Part shown: in pieces, positions 8,683 to 17,059 of the stretch
Position numbering within the stretch: position 1 is the stretch's first letter
Layout of the letters: each line of letters starts with the position of its first letter
Assembly (NCBI GenBank): GCA_963976925.1
Contig: CAXBMT010000001.1
Span: 1 to 37,872, forward strand
DNA: 37,872 nucleotides
DNA from: an uncultured Bdellovibrionales bacterium
GTDB taxonomy: Bacteria > Bdellovibrionota > Bacteriovoracia > Bacteriovoracales > Bacteriovoracaceae
Direction: 5' to 3'
Program-made: the position numbers and the translations under genes
Notes under the pieces: model-generated
Database searches by the model: none
Told to the model about the DNA's origin: nothing
Seen by the model: only the letters and a program-made list of their open reading frames with translations

Positions 8683-9704
8683 TGTTTTTTATCAGGCCGG
8701 TACAAATTAGCGACTTAGATCAACTTTTTGCCTTAAGTCAGCTACAAACTTTTATCAATCTTCCAGCCGATAAAGTTGTACTCAAAAGAAAAATCAATTC
8801 ATCCATAAAGACTTTCACCAAGCCTTCTAAAAAGCTTGAGGATAATTATTATGTTTTTGTTTTAATCGACACTGATGCTAACAAAGTGATTGGTGCTTCG
8901 ATAATTCATGGTAAGCACGGCACTGAAAAGGAACCACACTTTTTCTTAAGCGTTGGAGTTGAGGAAAAATTTAGTAAAACTTTAAACACCGGCTTTATGC
9001 ACGGTACTTTAAAGTTTGGTTTGGAAAAAGACGGTTATACCGAAGTTGGTGGCTTGATTTTAGATCCATCCTATCGTGGACATATGGAGAAGCTAGGAAA
9101 ACAACTTTCTTTTGTCAGATTTCTTTATATGGGTATTCATCAAGATCAATTCACCGAGCTTATTCACTCAGAGCTATACCCTCCCTTTGACTCTCAAGGA
9201 CAATCGCCTCTTTGGGAGGCAATCGGTCGTCGTTTCCTCAACATGGATTATCATGATGCTGACATGCTCAGCCGTGAGAACGGCGAATTTATATTAAGTC
9301 TTTTTCCATCAGACACGATTTATGGAACGCTTCTCCCTCCTGAGGCTAGAAATGCTATTGGCAAGGTTGGAAGTGAAACTGAGCCAGTCAAGAAAATGCT
9401 TGAAAGCATCGGCTTTTGCTATACTCAGGAAGTTGATCCCTTTGACGGTGGTCCACATTACCGTGCAAGACTAAAAGATATTACTCTCATAAAGAATATG
9501 AAAGAGTTTGAACTTCAATTTAGCTCTGATCATAACTTTAAAGTTGAAGAGGATTTCTTGTTTTATATTCCAACGATTGAAAATGATTTTATTGTTATAA
9601 AGTCTGCAGGACTTATTCAAGGCAATCAGATTCACATCCCCCAAGAATTAACGAAATTACTTCCAGAAAAATTTAATACTAAATGCTACGCAATTCCATT
9701 TTGA
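8682..9704 (+). CDS. astA: arginine N-succinyltransferase
   Basis: The N-terminus MFFIRPVQISDLDQLFALS... and ~340-aa length parallel E. coli AstA ([20 protein letters not shown]...). DPFDGGPHYRARLKDI parallels AstA DIFDGGPTLECDIDRV. Confidence 0.85.
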   Translation: MFFIRPVQISDLDQLFALSQLQTFINLPADKVVLKRKINSSIKTFTKPSKKLEDNYYVFVLIDTDANKVIGASIIHGKHGTEKEPHFFLSVGVEEKFSKTLNTGFMHGTLKFGLEKDGYTEVGGLILDPSYRGHMEKLGKQLSFVRFLYMGIHQDQFTELIHSELYPPFDSQGQSPLWEAIGRRFLNMDYHDADMLSRENGEFILSLFPSDTIYGTLLPPEARNAIGKVGSETEPVKKMLESIGFCYTQEVDPFDGGPHYRARLKDITLIKNMKEFELQFSSDHNFKVEEDFLFYIPTIENDFIVIKSAGLIQGNQIHIPQELTKLLPEKFNTKCYAIPF

Positions 9705-9710
9705 GGCTTT

Positions 9711-11234
9711 ATGAAATATCAATTGAAAGGTAACTTCTTTTCAAACTCTTACCACCTTCCACCTACCAGCGGCCCTAGCTCTGTCGACGTTATTATTGAC
9801 CGTCATAGCCCTGCCAATACTGAGCAGCTTCTATGGAAAATGCCTGTCGATTATCGACATGTTGAACCGGTGGTCGAATCGGCTGTAAAAGGTTTTAAAA
9901 CTTGGCGTGCTACTCCTCTTGAAGAGAGGATTGCCGCCCTAAAAAGATTCCAGGAAATTGCACTTAGTAAAAAAGGTGAGATCGCTGAAGCAATTTCACT
10001 TGAAATGGGCAAGCCTCTTTGGGAGGCAATGACTGAAGCGAACTCTGTTGTTGGCAAGGTCGATGTAACCATCAATGACTCTTTAAAAAGAATTCAAGCG
10101 AGTCCGATCAAAGACATCATGCCTAGAACCACTGGTCATACTCTCTTTAAGCCACTTGGTCCTTGTCTTGTCATAGGCCCTTTTAATTTTCCTTGTCACT
10201 TAGCTAATACACAAATCCTTTCAGCACTTCTTGCGGGAAACTCTGTCATTTTTAAGCCTTCTGAAAAAACAGCTTATTCTGGTGAGTTACTCATCGACTG
10301 TATGGTTCAAGCTGGCTTTCCTGAAGGTGTTATCAACTTGATGCAAGGAGACGGCGAAGTTGCTTCCAGACTTGTAAAAGACAGAAGACTAAAAGCTGTT
10401 TTCTTTACTGGATCGAAGGAAGTTGGACTAAAGATTCTAAAATCAACCTATAACGATTTATCAAAAATGGTTGCGCTTGAACTTGGCGGCAAGAACCCTG
10501 CAATTGTTCACAAGGATGCTAACACTGACTTAGCATTGGCTGAATTATTGAAAGGCTGCTTTTTAACAACGGGGCAACGTTGTACATCAACGTCAATCGT
10601 AGCAATTCATCGCTCTCTCATGGATGAGTTCGTTTCAAAGTTTCATACTTACGCTAAAAAAATTATTATCGGACATCCGCTAGATAATAAGCCAGAGCCT
10701 TTCATGGGGCCTCTTGTCGACCAAAGAGCCGTTGATAGTTATCTACTGTTTATGGGAATGGCGAAAAGAGAAGGTATCGAGGAAGTTATGCGTGGCAAGC
10801 ATCTCAATAAACCAACTCCCGGTCACTATGTCTCACCTTCAATTCATATTGCAAAAGGACTCGATAAAAAAAGTCACTTTCTTGCGAGTGAAATCTTTGG
10901 CCCAAACTGTACTTTTATTCCTTACGACGAAGTTGATGAAGCCATTGAGATTGCAAACTCAACTGAGTACGGGCTGGCTTCATGTGTGTTTACTGAAGAT
11001 AAAAACCTCTATCAAAAATGTCTACTTGAGGTTGACAGTGGTCTTTTAAACTTAAATAGATCGACTTGTGGGGCGAGTGCAAAGCTTCCATTTGGTGGGA
11101 TTAAGAATTCTGGTAACTACCACCCTGCTGCAGTTGCCGCCATCGACGCCTGTGTGTACACAATGACAAGTCTTGAAGTGGAACACAGTAGTGAAGATTC
11201 GGATTTGAAAAGTATTAAAGGACTTGATATTTAG
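9711..11234 (+). CDS. astD: succinylglutamate-semialdehyde dehydrogenase (aldehyde dehydrogenase family)
   Basis: ALDH motifs FKPSEKT, ELGGKNP and GQRCTS (catalytic Cys). The C-terminal CGASAKLPFGGIKNSGNYHPAAVAAIDACVYTMTSLE closely parallels E. coli AstD [37 protein letters not shown]. Confidence 0.82.
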   Translation: MKYQLKGNFFSNSYHLPPTSGPSSVDVIIDRHSPANTEQLLWKMPVDYRHVEPVVESAVKGFKTWRATPLEERIAALKRFQEIALSKKGEIAEAISLEMGKPLWEAMTEANSVVGKVDVTINDSLKRIQASPIKDIMPRTTGHTLFKPLGPCLVIGPFNFPCHLANTQILSALLAGNSVIFKPSEKTAYSGELLIDCMVQAGFPEGVINLMQGDGEVASRLVKDRRLKAVFFTGSKEVGLKILKSTYNDLSKMVALELGGKNPAIVHKDANTDLALAELLKGCFLTTGQRCTSTSIVAIHRSLMDEFVSKFHTYAKKIIIGHPLDNKPEPFMGPLVDQRAVDSYLLFMGMAKREGIEEVMRGKHLNKPTPGHYVSPSIHIAKGLDKKSHFLASEIFGPNCTFIPYDEVDEAIEIANSTEYGLASCVFTEDKNLYQKCLLEVDSGLLNLNRSTCGASAKLPFGGIKNSGNYHPAAVAAIDACVYTMTSLEVEHSSEDSDLKSIKGLDI

Positions 11235-11734
11235 GCATGCTTCTTATTTACAAGGACTCCGGAGCGTGATGATTTTTTCATATCATCATGCAGTCCCTTT
11301 TCTTGTTCAATATCGAGAGAAGCATTCTTTTTATAGCTTTGCATGATTTCTTTCTTACGCATTTTATGAACATTCTTCTCTAATCTCTTTTTTTCAAAGA
11401 GTATAAAAGCTGAAGTTTGCATTTTGTCATCTTGATGATTATCTACACATTCTTTACTTAAGTCTTCTGACTCAACAACCTCTTGGATCTCTTCAGTCGC
11501 TTGCGGCCCAGAAGCTAGAGGCTGTTCATTGTCGTCTATTTCTTTTTCTGGAAAGGTGAATGGTAATATTTTGGCCAAAGAGGCTGATTCCACCTCTTCA
11601 GACTCTACGCCCATTTTAACGTACATAAGCTGAGTAAGCGGAACGCGCTTATTCCCCTCAGACGTTGTCGTTAGCTCGTTAATTTCCTCTGGCGTTAAGA
11701 TTCGCAAGAGGTTCATCATTAATGATGATCTCAT
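11231..11734 (-). CDS. hypothetical acidic protein
   Basis: 167-aa ORF with GGGAGAG upstream of the ATG. It is Glu/Asp-rich in the centre and Lys-rich at the C-terminus, with no recognisable motif. Confidence 0.45.
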   Translation of the reverse strand: MRSSLMMNLLRILTPEEINELTTTSEGNKRVPLTQLMYVKMGVESEEVESASLAKILPFTFPEKEIDDNEQPLASGPQATEEIQEVVESEDLSKECVDNHQDDKMQTSAFILFEKKRLEKNVHKMRKKEIMQSYKKNASLDIEQEKGLHDDMKKSSRSGVLVNKKHA

Positions 11735-11843
11735 GGGCTCTCCCTATACTTGACTCTTATCGTCAGGAAGTGCCAAAAGCTTGAGTTCTCTTATATTCTT
11801 TAATTTTTAAGGGTTTAGAGGTGTATTTTCCCCATGAAAGCGC

Positions 11844-11872
11844 TGGACAAGCAAAGCCCTAGGATTTATAAA
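11844..11872 (+). promoter_or_regulatory. putative sigma70-type promoter for tRNA-Asn
   Basis: TGGACA (11844-11849), 17-nt spacer, TATAAA (11867-11872). It lies about 24 nt upstream of the mature tRNA 5' end. Confidence 0.35.
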
Positions 11873-11895
11873 ATGTACTCGTTTTTAGATTCAGT

Positions 11896-11971
11896 TGGGG
11901 TGTGGCGCAGTGGTTAGCGCAGTAGACTGTTAATCTATTGGTCGTGGGTTCGAATCCCACCTCCCCAGCCA
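11896..11971 (+). tRNA. tRNA-Asn (anticodon GTT), CCA encoded
   Basis: Hand-folded cloverleaf of 76 nt. Acceptor TGGGGTG/CTCCCCA has one U-U mismatch at 6:67. D-stem GCGC/GCGC, anticodon stem GTAGA/TCTAT, loop CTGTTAA. T-arm GTGGG-TTCGAAT-CCCAC, discriminator G, terminal CCA. Confidence 0.9.
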
Positions 11972-11982
11972 TTTTTAAACAT

Positions 11983-12015
11983 AAAAAAGCCACCTTTTAT
12001 AGGGTGGCTTTTTTT
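11983..12015 (+). terminator. rho-independent terminator after tRNA-Asn
   Basis: A-tract, stem GCCACC (11989-11994), loop, stem GGTGGC (12003-12008), then a T7 tract. Confidence 0.7.
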
Positions 12016-12028
12016 ATATGAGGTCTTC

Positions 12029-13393
12029 ATGTCGCTATTATCAAAACAAGAATTAATCGGTTTTCGTGATCAAATGATTCAGTCATATCATGACTTCGTA
12101 GAGGATCTACGTGAGGATGGCCCAGAAGAAGAAACCGATGGCTTATCACAAGACTTTCTCGATCATTTTAAATTCGTCGCTGAATCTAAAGCACTCAATG
12201 AATATTCACCACTTAACTTCTATTGGGTAAATCTTGTAGATAATCTCATTTACGTTCTCCAAATGTGGCAAGATGGTGATGAAGAGGGACTTGTCGATTT
12301 TTGGACAGAGAGTGAATACGCAGAGGCGTATATAGAAGCCAGTAATCTTGGAGAGACTCCACTCGATATTACAAACAACTTAATGCCTCTTCTTGAAGGA
12401 CAAGTTCTTGGATTTTATCACTGGCACATTAGCTCGCATCATAAAGCAAAAGAGAATCCAACTTTATATCAACAAGTAACTGATATCGGAGATCATGATC
12501 TTGGAATTCGTATCGGCGAAAATCATTTCGTGGCTCCCCCAGAAGCTCATAACGACGCTCCTTCGCTGCCGTTTTGGACGAAAAGCTTTAAAGACGAGAC
12601 AGTCAGCCTAGATGATGATGACGGTGAGCTTCTCGGTGGAATGCAAAAGCTTGAGAGTATTCTGATTGATAAGCCCATTACACTTAAAGGATCTACACCA
12701 GAGATTGATAAAGATATTTCAGATCATAAAGCAAAGATTGAAACTGCTATCAATATTATTAAGGATAGCTCTCCATCATGCTTTGAAGCTTTTAAAATTT
12801 TTACAAACTCTTTAATTTTAATCGACGAGCCTGGCGTTGTTAGCTACTCACTGCAATCTCTTCCTGGATATTCGAATATTAATATTGTAGAGCGTGACCA
12901 TATAGACCTCATTGATGATCTTGTACATGAGAATGGACATCACCTGCTGAATGCTATTTTAAATGATCAAGAACTCTTAGAAGAAGATGATGATAAAGTC
13001 TTCTGGTCACCATGGAGAAAGGCCCTAAGACCTATTCGGGGTATGTACCATGGGTACATGACTTTTATATGGGCCTATATTCTTTTCAAAGATCTTTCAC
13101 AAAGCAATAAAAGTAAGTTTAGCGATAGTGATAAAGAAAAGATTAGTCTTAGATTTATTGAAGAATATTTAATGTTAAGTTTTTGCCATGACCAATTAGA
13201 TCACGCTTATAAGGAAAAAAAGATTACTGATGCAGGCTATGAACTGTTTAATAAGTCTCGAAAGTTTCTTGTGGCTGATAAAGATTTTGTAACTGACAAA
13301 CTTAGTAAATTATCAAACGCTAACAAAGTCACTATATCTGAGCTCGAAGATCACTTAATCAAGGCTAAAACAGAGTACTTGAGTTTTATCTAG
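12029..13393 (+). CDS. HExxH-motif protein (metal-dependent; resembles the HEXXH-motif peptide-modification/hydroxylase-like family) with an acidic N-terminal domain
   Basis: 454 aa with GAGG 6 nt upstream of the ATG. HENGH lies at 12926-12940 in the context DLIDDLVHENGHHLLNAIL, followed by FWSPWRKALRPIRGMYHGYMTFIWAYILF. I saw no signal peptide or TM segment. Confidence 0.55.
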   Translation: MSLLSKQELIGFRDQMIQSYHDFVEDLREDGPEEETDGLSQDFLDHFKFVAESKALNEYSPLNFYWVNLVDNLIYVLQMWQDGDEEGLVDFWTESEYAEAYIEASNLGETPLDITNNLMPLLEGQVLGFYHWHISSHHKAKENPTLYQQVTDIGDHDLGIRIGENHFVAPPEAHNDAPSLPFWTKSFKDETVSLDDDDGELLGGMQKLESILIDKPITLKGSTPEIDKDISDHKAKIETAINIIKDSSPSCFEAFKIFTNSLILIDEPGVVSYSLQSLPGYSNINIVERDHIDLIDDLVHENGHHLLNAILNDQELLEEDDDKVFWSPWRKALRPIRGMYHGYMTFIWAYILFKDLSQSNKSKFSDSDKEKISLRFIEEYLMLSFCHDQLDHAYKEKKITDAGYELFNKSRKFLVADKDFVTDKLSKLSNANKVTISELEDHLIKAKTEYLSFI

Positions 13394-13441
13394 TTTATTA
13401 ATTAACTGGCTGGCCTTGCAGAATTAAAGCATAATAGTCTT

Positions 13442-15103
13442 ATGCAAAATATCGTCTCGATTGAAAGAGAGCTAAACTATCCAGCCCATTTAATTTGGCC
13501 GTATCTTTCGGATACAGCGACCATGAATAAGAAGTTAAAGTTGTCACCGATGACGTTCAATACTGTTGGCAATATTCGACACGGGCAGCAAAAAATTCTA
13601 TTTTTCAAATTGAATTGGACAGAGAAACCTTGGGAATGGGTCTATGGTGAATGGCTCGAAAATGAAAGATTATATTCCAAAGGATTTTTTAAAAGACTCA
13701 GAACTCGCTTTGAAATCAATTCGTTAGGTTCTAGCTCTATTATCAAACTTCAATTCAAGATTGATCACCGCTTTCCAATTTTCGCAAATTTTTTAAATAA
13801 GCAAACTTTGATCATTGCTGAGAAGATCATCCATTATATTGAGAGTTCTCTAAAGGTGAGCTCTAGCTTCAATAGGCCTGTACTTCAAGAAAGTTTCGAT
13901 CAATGGATATCTTCTGCCCATGAGGTAGATAGGGCGAGAATCCAACCCAAGAAGGTTGCCAAAGAACTTGGAACTGACTGGCAAAATGTTGTTCATGACT
14001 CCCGTTCAAAACACTGGCAATCAAGATTTAGTTTATTATTCGATGCTACATGTCCTCACTGCCAAGGCGCTATAGAGTCAGCACCTCGACTTACTGAGCT
14101 TCCCAAGAAAATTAAATGTGAGTCTTGTAGTGTCGACTTTGATTTAACCAAGAAGGAAAACCTTTCAATAACTCTACGTGACTCCAGTCTACCCTCGCAT
14201 TTAAAAGGAGTGGATTTTTGTAGCAGTGATGTTTCTCATAAGCCCCATGTCATTATGCAAAGACTTGGAAATGATTGGAAAGAATCACTAGAGCTTGAGC
14301 CGGGTCTTTATTATCTCAAGCGAAACGGATTTATAGATGGTCAGCTTATTCATATAAGTAAAGATGCGCCAAAGTCTGTCTTTCGTTTTAAGCAAGACTG
14401 GGATAATTCGAACGAACATCCATATTTGTCAGGACCAAGCCTCACAATTCACTCAGAAGGCCTAAGTATTGATGAAGTATGCTTTCTTGAATATAAAAGT
14501 CATCACGAATCAAATCTTACAGTCGCAGAAGCTATTCTAGATCCTAAAATTTCGAAATTAATACCTAAGGAATGCTTAACCAGCGACTTTCCCATCGAAG
14601 TTGGCAACAAAACACTTTTATTTACAGATGTTGTGGGCAGTACGGACCTGTATTTCCTCGAAGGTGACGCTAATGCATTCAATAAAATAAGAGCAAGCTT
14701 TCTTCACATAGGTGCTGTCTGTTCAAAATATAATTCAACACTGGTTAAAACAATTGGTGACGCTTCAATGTATGCTTTTGCTAGTCCTGAAGATGCAATC
14801 CATGCATCTATTGAACTACAAAGAGATAATCCATCCAATTATCTTCCTTTAAGAATTTCTCTTCATCACGGCGAATGCCTTTCTATCTCAACAAAGGACG
14901 GTCAAGACTTTTTTGGTGATACTGTAAATATTTGCGCAAAATTTCAAAGCCAAGCTGAAGGGCATGAGATCGTTTTTGAGGAATCCTTGCTATCTGATAA
15001 TATTATAGATTCTATTCAGAATATTAAAAGTGAACGTTTAATATTTGATCTAAGCGGAAAAACCAATCGTAGCTTCAAGCTCATCAAGCTAGTCGTTGAG
15101 TAG
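13442..15103 (+). CDS. multidomain class III nucleotide (probably adenylate) cyclase: N-terminal SRPBCC-like domain, CxxC..CxxC zinc-ribbon, unknown middle domain, C-terminal cyclase
   Basis: Cyclase domain at about 14606-14986: LLFTDVVGSTDLY (metal Asp), VKTIGDASMYAF (specificity Lys plus metal Asp), QDFFGDTVNICAK (Asp partner, Asn). The zinc ribbon is CPHC...CESC at about 14051-14128. Confidence 0.85.
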   Translation: MQNIVSIERELNYPAHLIWPYLSDTATMNKKLKLSPMTFNTVGNIRHGQQKILFFKLNWTEKPWEWVYGEWLENERLYSKGFFKRLRTRFEINSLGSSSIIKLQFKIDHRFPIFANFLNKQTLIIAEKIIHYIESSLKVSSSFNRPVLQESFDQWISSAHEVDRARIQPKKVAKELGTDWQNVVHDSRSKHWQSRFSLLFDATCPHCQGAIESAPRLTELPKKIKCESCSVDFDLTKKENLSITLRDSSLPSHLKGVDFCSSDVSHKPHVIMQRLGNDWKESLELEPGLYYLKRNGFIDGQLIHISKDAPKSVFRFKQDWDNSNEHPYLSGPSLTIHSEGLSIDEVCFLEYKSHHESNLTVAEAILDPKISKLIPKECLTSDFPIEVGNKTLLFTDVVGSTDLYFLEGDANAFNKIRASFLHIGAVCSKYNSTLVKTIGDASMYAFASPEDAIHASIELQRDNPSNYLPLRISLHHGECLSISTKDGQDFFGDTVNICAKFQSQAEGHEIVFEESLLSDNIIDSIQNIKSERLIFDLSGKTNRSFKLIKLVVE

Positions 15104-16687
15104 TCTATTAAGTCTCGACTGCATATCATTGGCGGGCATTAACTCACCTTGAGCTGCCGCAATCTTAATACCAGAGCTATAAACGTCTTTCGCATCATCT
15201 TTTCGATTAAGAGCTTCAAGACATTTACCTTTTAAGAGGTAAGACTGTGAGTGTTTTTGATTCGCCGATAATGACTTGTCTAAATATAAAAGTGATTCAG
15301 AGAAATCATTTCTTTTAAACTTAATATCTGCCATACCAAAAAGAGCAATCTGATCATTCTCATCTATAGCAAGAACTTGCACAAACATTTCTTCTCTTCT
15401 CTTTATCTCAAGTTCTTCTTTTTTTGCAGCCTCTGCTAACTCTTTTTTACTTTTTGCTTCAGCACCATACATAGCAAAACTTTTTGTTGTTGCTAAAGCT
15501 TTTTCATCTTCGGCTTTTTCTATTTCGCCAAGGTTCATATAAGCTAAGCTTTTATTTGTATGTGCCATCACTGACTTAGGGTCGGACTCAAGTAGTTTGT
15601 CCATCCAATCAATTGTTTTTTGGTGTTTGCCATTTCTGGCGTAGATAACACCCATAACCTCAAAGGCATCTGAGTAGAGTGGATTAAACTCTATTGCGCG
15701 TTCAAGCTTTTTAATAGCTTCGCTCTCATAGTTATTTTCAAAGTCCTTGATTGCTCGCATATAAAGCGTTTGTGCTTTTTTATCATTACTTAGATCTGAA
15801 AAGTAAGGTAACTGCTCTACAGTTGCATTGTATTTCTTTGAGGCGACCGTGATTTCATGAGTGGCCCCATAAATTCTGTAATCTCGCTTAAGCTTTCCAA
15901 TTGCAATTACTTTGTCTTCATCCTGTAAATACGCTAGTTGAAGCGATCCCGCTTTATTGTCATTAATGTTGATATCTCCAAGTGAAATATCGCGGGCATT
16001 AATTTTAAGAGCAACTGGAAAGTAGTTAGCTCCTCGTCTTGTTTGAACTTTTGCCGCTGTTTCTTGTCCCAAAAAACAGCCTTTATTATAATCTACAGCG
16101 ACATCATTAAGTCTTGTTTCATTAACAAGCTCAGTTCCAGTCACATTTTGTTCCCAAACTGGATGACCTGCCAAGCTCATATACGCCTTAGTACTTTCGG
16201 TTTCACTCGTTTTTTGAAAGAATATTGATCCTTGCTCACCAAAAAAATCGACATACACTCCATCTTTTGATGGCCCAATAACAAAAGATAAGTCTGAACT
16301 TATAACTTCATCAATATGAGTCTCTTCCATGATGACGAATTTCTCAAAATCATCTTTAAAGTTTTGTACTAATGCTTTAGGAATAAATAAGTTAAATGTA
16401 TTTTCGACTTTCGCCAGAATTCCGAAATATATAACTTTGGCAGTTCGGTCGAGACGAACTACCGGCATACCTATATTATTTATTTCAGAGATATTTTGAG
16501 CAAGCTGTCTTTGAAACCAATCAAACGTATCAGGACCAGAAATAGAAACCGTGCACCAGTCATTAAGCGCAATAGGTTTACCCCAATAACGAAATTCGTC
16601 GATTTCTTTATATTTAAACTGCGAAAGATTCACCGCACCCACATGTGTTGGCAGCATTTGGATTTTGGAAAACAAAACCTTTACCAT
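15089..16687 (-). CDS. YgfZ/GcvT-like folate-binding protein fused to a C-terminal TPR-repeat domain
   Basis: The YgfZ signature KGCFLGQETAAKVQTRRG is present with SISGPDTFDWFQRQLAQNI near the N-terminus. The C-terminal ~230 aa are TPR-like (AIKKLERAIEFNPLYSDAFEVMGVIY...). The start is uncertain: the longest ORF overlaps the upstream Fe-S carrier gene by 74 nt. Alternative in-frame starts are ATG 16657, GTG 16642 and GTG 16633. Confidence 0.7.
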   Translation of the reverse strand: MVKVLFSKIQMLPTHVGAVNLSQFKYKEIDEFRYWGKPIALNDWCTVSISGPDTFDWFQRQLAQNISEINNIGMPVVRLDRTAKVIYFGILAKVENTFNLFIPKALVQNFKDDFEKFVIMEETHIDEVISSDLSFVIGPSKDGVYVDFFGEQGSIFFQKTSETESTKAYMSLAGHPVWEQNVTGTELVNETRLNDVAVDYNKGCFLGQETAAKVQTRRGANYFPVALKINARDISLGDININDNKAGSLQLAYLQDEDKVIAIGKLKRDYRIYGATHEITVASKKYNATVEQLPYFSDLSNDKKAQTLYMRAIKDFENNYESEAIKKLERAIEFNPLYSDAFEVMGVIYARNGKHQKTIDWMDKLLESDPKSVMAHTNKSLAYMNLGEIEKAEDEKALATTKSFAMYGAEAKSKKELAEAAKKEELEIKRREEMFVQVLAIDENDQIALFGMADIKFKRNDFSESLLYLDKSLSANQKHSQSYLLKGKCLEALNRKDDAKDVYSSGIKIAAAQGELMPANDMQSRLNRLLND

Positions 16688-16946
16688 TAAGGCCGTCTTT
16701 AAAGTCTAAGACAACACCCTTTAGATAGATTGTTGACTTCAAATCGATATAAACTTGGACTTCACCTAAATCGATAATATTATCGTTTTCTTTTTTATCA
16801 TCGAAATCAATTTTATAGCTTAGTCCGGAACAACCACCGCCAACAACAGCCAATCTCAGGCCTCGACCTTGTCCCTGTTCTTGGAATATTTTTTTTATTT
16901 GATCTGATGCTTTATCAGTAATAGTGACAATTTTTTCATTATTCAC
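16614..16946 (-). CDS. A-type iron-sulfur cluster carrier (IscA/ErpA/HesB family)
   Basis: 110 aa with GGGCSGLSY and C-terminal CGCGESFAV (the three conserved Cys). GTG start with AAGGAGG upstream. Confidence 0.9.
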   Translation of the reverse strand: MNNEKIVTITDKASDQIKKIFQEQGQGRGLRLAVVGGGCSGLSYKIDFDDKKENDNIIDLGEVQVYIDLKSTIYLKGVVLDFKDGLNGKGFVFQNPNAANTCGCGESFAV

Positions 16947-17059
16947 GTTAATTGCCTCCTTCTTGGTGCATCTAGTATAACAGATAGTGCAAAGTTACGA
17001 AATTATTAACATAAAACTCTATTTCTATACTAATATATTTATTAGAGGAAAGTTTATTA

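Noticed and set aside
12029-15103. Calling the HExxH + cyclase pair a Pycsar or CBASS-type anti-phage system.
   Set aside because: Pycsar effectors carry a cNMP-binding domain, and CBASS uses CD-NTase enzymes. I could see neither here. The cyclase has the Lys/Asp pair of ordinary adenylate cyclases. Only the generic generator-plus-enzyme layout is shared, so it stays a hypothesis.
11896-15103. An integrated mobile element or genomic island at tRNA-Asn.
   Set aside because: There is no integrase, recombinase or transposase gene. By eye I found no direct repeat of the tRNA 3' end downstream. There is no obvious compositional break. I cannot run a proper repeat search or compare genomes here.
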